Translations under genes and position numbers: made by a program
DNA from: Macrostomum lignano
Taxonomy: Eukaryota
Assembly (NCBI GenBank): GCA_002269645.1
Contig: NIVC01001704.1
Location: 62,001-126,000 of the forward strand
Reading direction: 5' to 3'
Length of the DNA: 64,000 nucleotides
The notes under the pieces: model-generated
Databases searched by the model: none
What the model was told of the DNA's origin: nothing
What the model saw: only the letters and a program-made list of their open reading frames with translations
Shown here: piece by piece, positions 49,915-64,000 of the stretch
How positions within the stretch are numbered: the stretch's first letter is position 1
How the letters are laid out: the number at the start of each line of letters is the position of its first letter

Positions 49915-50930
49915 AAGTATATGCCTGAACAAAAATTAAATAATTACAACTGCATACCAAAAAAATGGAGTGCATGCCAATTGTCAAAACTATGCCAGTG
50001 GTGCAACAATAAATGACCTTTTTTATGTTGTGACAATTAATGACCTTTTTAAATTGCATAATAGACCCTTTTGGCAAAAAATTGGTTAATTTTTCTGCTT
50101 TTTTAGCAATGCTATGTATAGTAGAAAATCAATACATGCAAAGATTTGTTTAAATGCTTTATTACAATCTCAAAACATAGAAAGCTTGAAATTTATGCTT
50201 AAAAATAAACTTTTTTCATCTTTTCTATTTCACAATAACTTTTCTATGTGATTCTTTAAAGTGCATGCTAGGTGTGTATATATGCACATTATTTTCTTAG
50301 GAGCAATGCATACCAACTGTGCATGCCTTTTTTGGTATGCAAGGCCAATGCATGCCTGAATTTTTGTGCATATACTGCTGCTGCATGATTCAGAGTGTGG
50401 CCTTGAGCTAGCTGCATTGCTATTATGAAGCTTTAAAGGACCCAAAGGCTGGCTAGTGAGGCTTTGCAGGCTGCATGTGGTCCATGGGCTAGATTTTGCC
50501 AACCTAAAAAATTGGGCATATATTGGCCTTGCATACCAAAAGTTAAGTATGCACAATTGGCATATATGATTCCTAAAAAAGTGTATCACTAAACAAAACA
50601 AAAGAATATTTGTTTAATTGCATAGAAGAGTTAGTGTTAAGTGGAAAAATGATTGAAAAGTTGATCTTTGAGTGTAAATTTCAAGTTTTCTGGTTTTTAA
50701 GCTTGTAAAAAAGCAATTAAACAAATTTTGTACATATTGATTTTCTGTTATAAATAATAAAAGCAAGAAAGATAAAAATCAACCAAATTAATAGCCAAAA
50801 AGGATCCTTTACACAATGCAAAGTAGATCATTTATTGTTGCAACATTAGCCTAGATTTAAGAGTGTGGGCCTGCACTTAATTTTTTGGCATGCATTTATA
50901 TTTCTTCAATTTTTGTTTGGGCATGCACCC
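49915..50930. mobile_element. Old foldback element with degenerate outer (49915-49985 / 50865-50930) and inner (50295-50365 / 50505-50577) inverted repeats
   Basis: TTTTGGTATGCAAGGCCAAT and ATTGGCCTTGCATACCAAAA are exact inverted 20-mers; outer arms align with mismatches. Confidence 0.55.
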
Positions 50931-51484
50931 ATTATGATTCAGACTATAGCTGGCAACAAGGACAAAGTTGTATGATTTTTCCACATTTAAACTTGTAGAA
51001 ATTAAATTTTTCTTATATTTTTAATAATTTTATATTTTGCTTTATCTGGGCAAGCAAAAAAATATATTCCCATGTGTCACAAATAAAAATAGCCAAGTTA
51101 ATCCCTAGAATTATATATTTCTATGAATATGACCAATATTTTCTAAGAAACCAATGCTTTTTAAAAATATATTTTATCTTATTTTCTTCAACTTTACTTG
51201 TATTGCTTTGTTGTCCCTAGATAATAACAAGTTTAAATATATAGAATTATATCTACAATAATTAACTAAAGTAAGCAATACAAAAAAGTTTTACTATAAA
51301 AAATGTTTTGTAAAAAAACTAGTTCTTCATTTAGACAAGTTAGTTTTGTAAAATGGTTTTGTATCTCAATAATAAAATGGTAAAATTAGATTAATAAAAC
51401 ATTCTTTGTTGATGAACCTGTTAAGCTTACTTTAACTATTGATAAATTCAGTTTTAATTTTTTGCTTAAATTTTGACATTGACT

Positions 51485-51777
51485 AAGAGCCTGTCAACTG
51501 AAGCTCATAAAGTGGAGCCCAAGTAACCTATATATATAAATGATGTCATTCTGCTCACAGTGACACCAGGAAGCTGGATTTGTCAAAAAAAGTGGACTTG
51601 GGATAAGTAAGAATAAGGAAGGGGATAATTGGGAATATTATATCAACTTAAGCTCAAAAAGTTGAGTCTGTAATTATCCCCTTGCTTATTCTCACTTATC
51701 CCAAGTCTAACCTTCATATCATTTGTGTACATAGGTTACTTGGGCTCCTGTTTATGAGCTTCAGTTGACAAGCTCTT
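51485..51777. mobile_element. Nested-palindrome MITE (~47-bp TIRs plus inner 36-bp inverted repeat)
   Basis: AAGAGCCTGTCAACTGAAGCTCATAAA...AAGTAACCTAT pairs with 51731-51777; 51595-51630 pairs with 51672-51707; central TCAACTT/AAGTTGA. Confidence 0.8.
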
Positions 51778-52048
51778 TGGTATAGCCTGACACCTATCTA
51801 AAAATTTATCTCATGTGGAAGAGCATTGTGTGCAACACCAGTGGCATAAAATTATAGTGCAATATTGTAGATTGTAACCATATGTAACCATAAACTTTGT
51901 TCCTTGTATTTTTAACAATAGAAATTAAGCAGAAGTTTTTATAGTTTTTTAAGAGTTTATTCACTTACTTACAAGTTGTAAACGAGATTATTAAACATAA
52001 AAATAAAGATATTGACCAAATTTTTTTCATGCCCTTGACAGCAGCTTA

Positions 52049-64000
<11,952 letters not shown>

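Noticed and set aside
51550-51563. 14-mer TCTGCTCACAGTGA shared with snoRNA copy A
   Set aside because: Lies inside a MITE without H/ACA structure; several 14-mer coincidences are expected in 64 kb

Overview
Eukaryotic (animal) genomic DNA. GC3-rich exons, AT-rich introns filled with private 18-33 bp minisatellites and frequent homopolymer indels suggest a flatworm such as Macrostomum in an unpolished long-read assembly (inference). Recognisable genes: the 3' end of a single-pass membrane protein (to 590, +); an intronless secreted PAN + LamG-like gene (4931-5869, -) with a decayed paralog near 15 kb; an unknown Ser/acidic-rich spliced gene (12.7-14.2 kb); a 12-exon CCDC60 ortholog (16826-29980, +); an intronless LDL-receptor family gene (34024-36501, +); a two-exon Jun/AP-1 gene (43433-44583, +); and the 5' part of a SMARCA2/4 (brahma) gene (52049 to beyond 64000, +). 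Also present: RTE-like LINE fragments, MITEs (one Mutator-type with a 9-bp TSD), a putative Helitron-N and about 20 tandem arrays. Most notable unannotated signals: (1) two paralogous intronic box H/ACA snoRNAs in brahma introns whose shared hairpin is a precise antisense guide for 5.8S rRNA U73, one with a second pocket matching a 28S 3'-end site; (2) a 32-copy array of splice donors in a CCDC60 intron; (3) two CpG deserts suggesting mosaic germline methylation; (4) AP-1/MEF2 and RFX X-box promoter architectures. Most ORF-track entries over repeats are artefacts.
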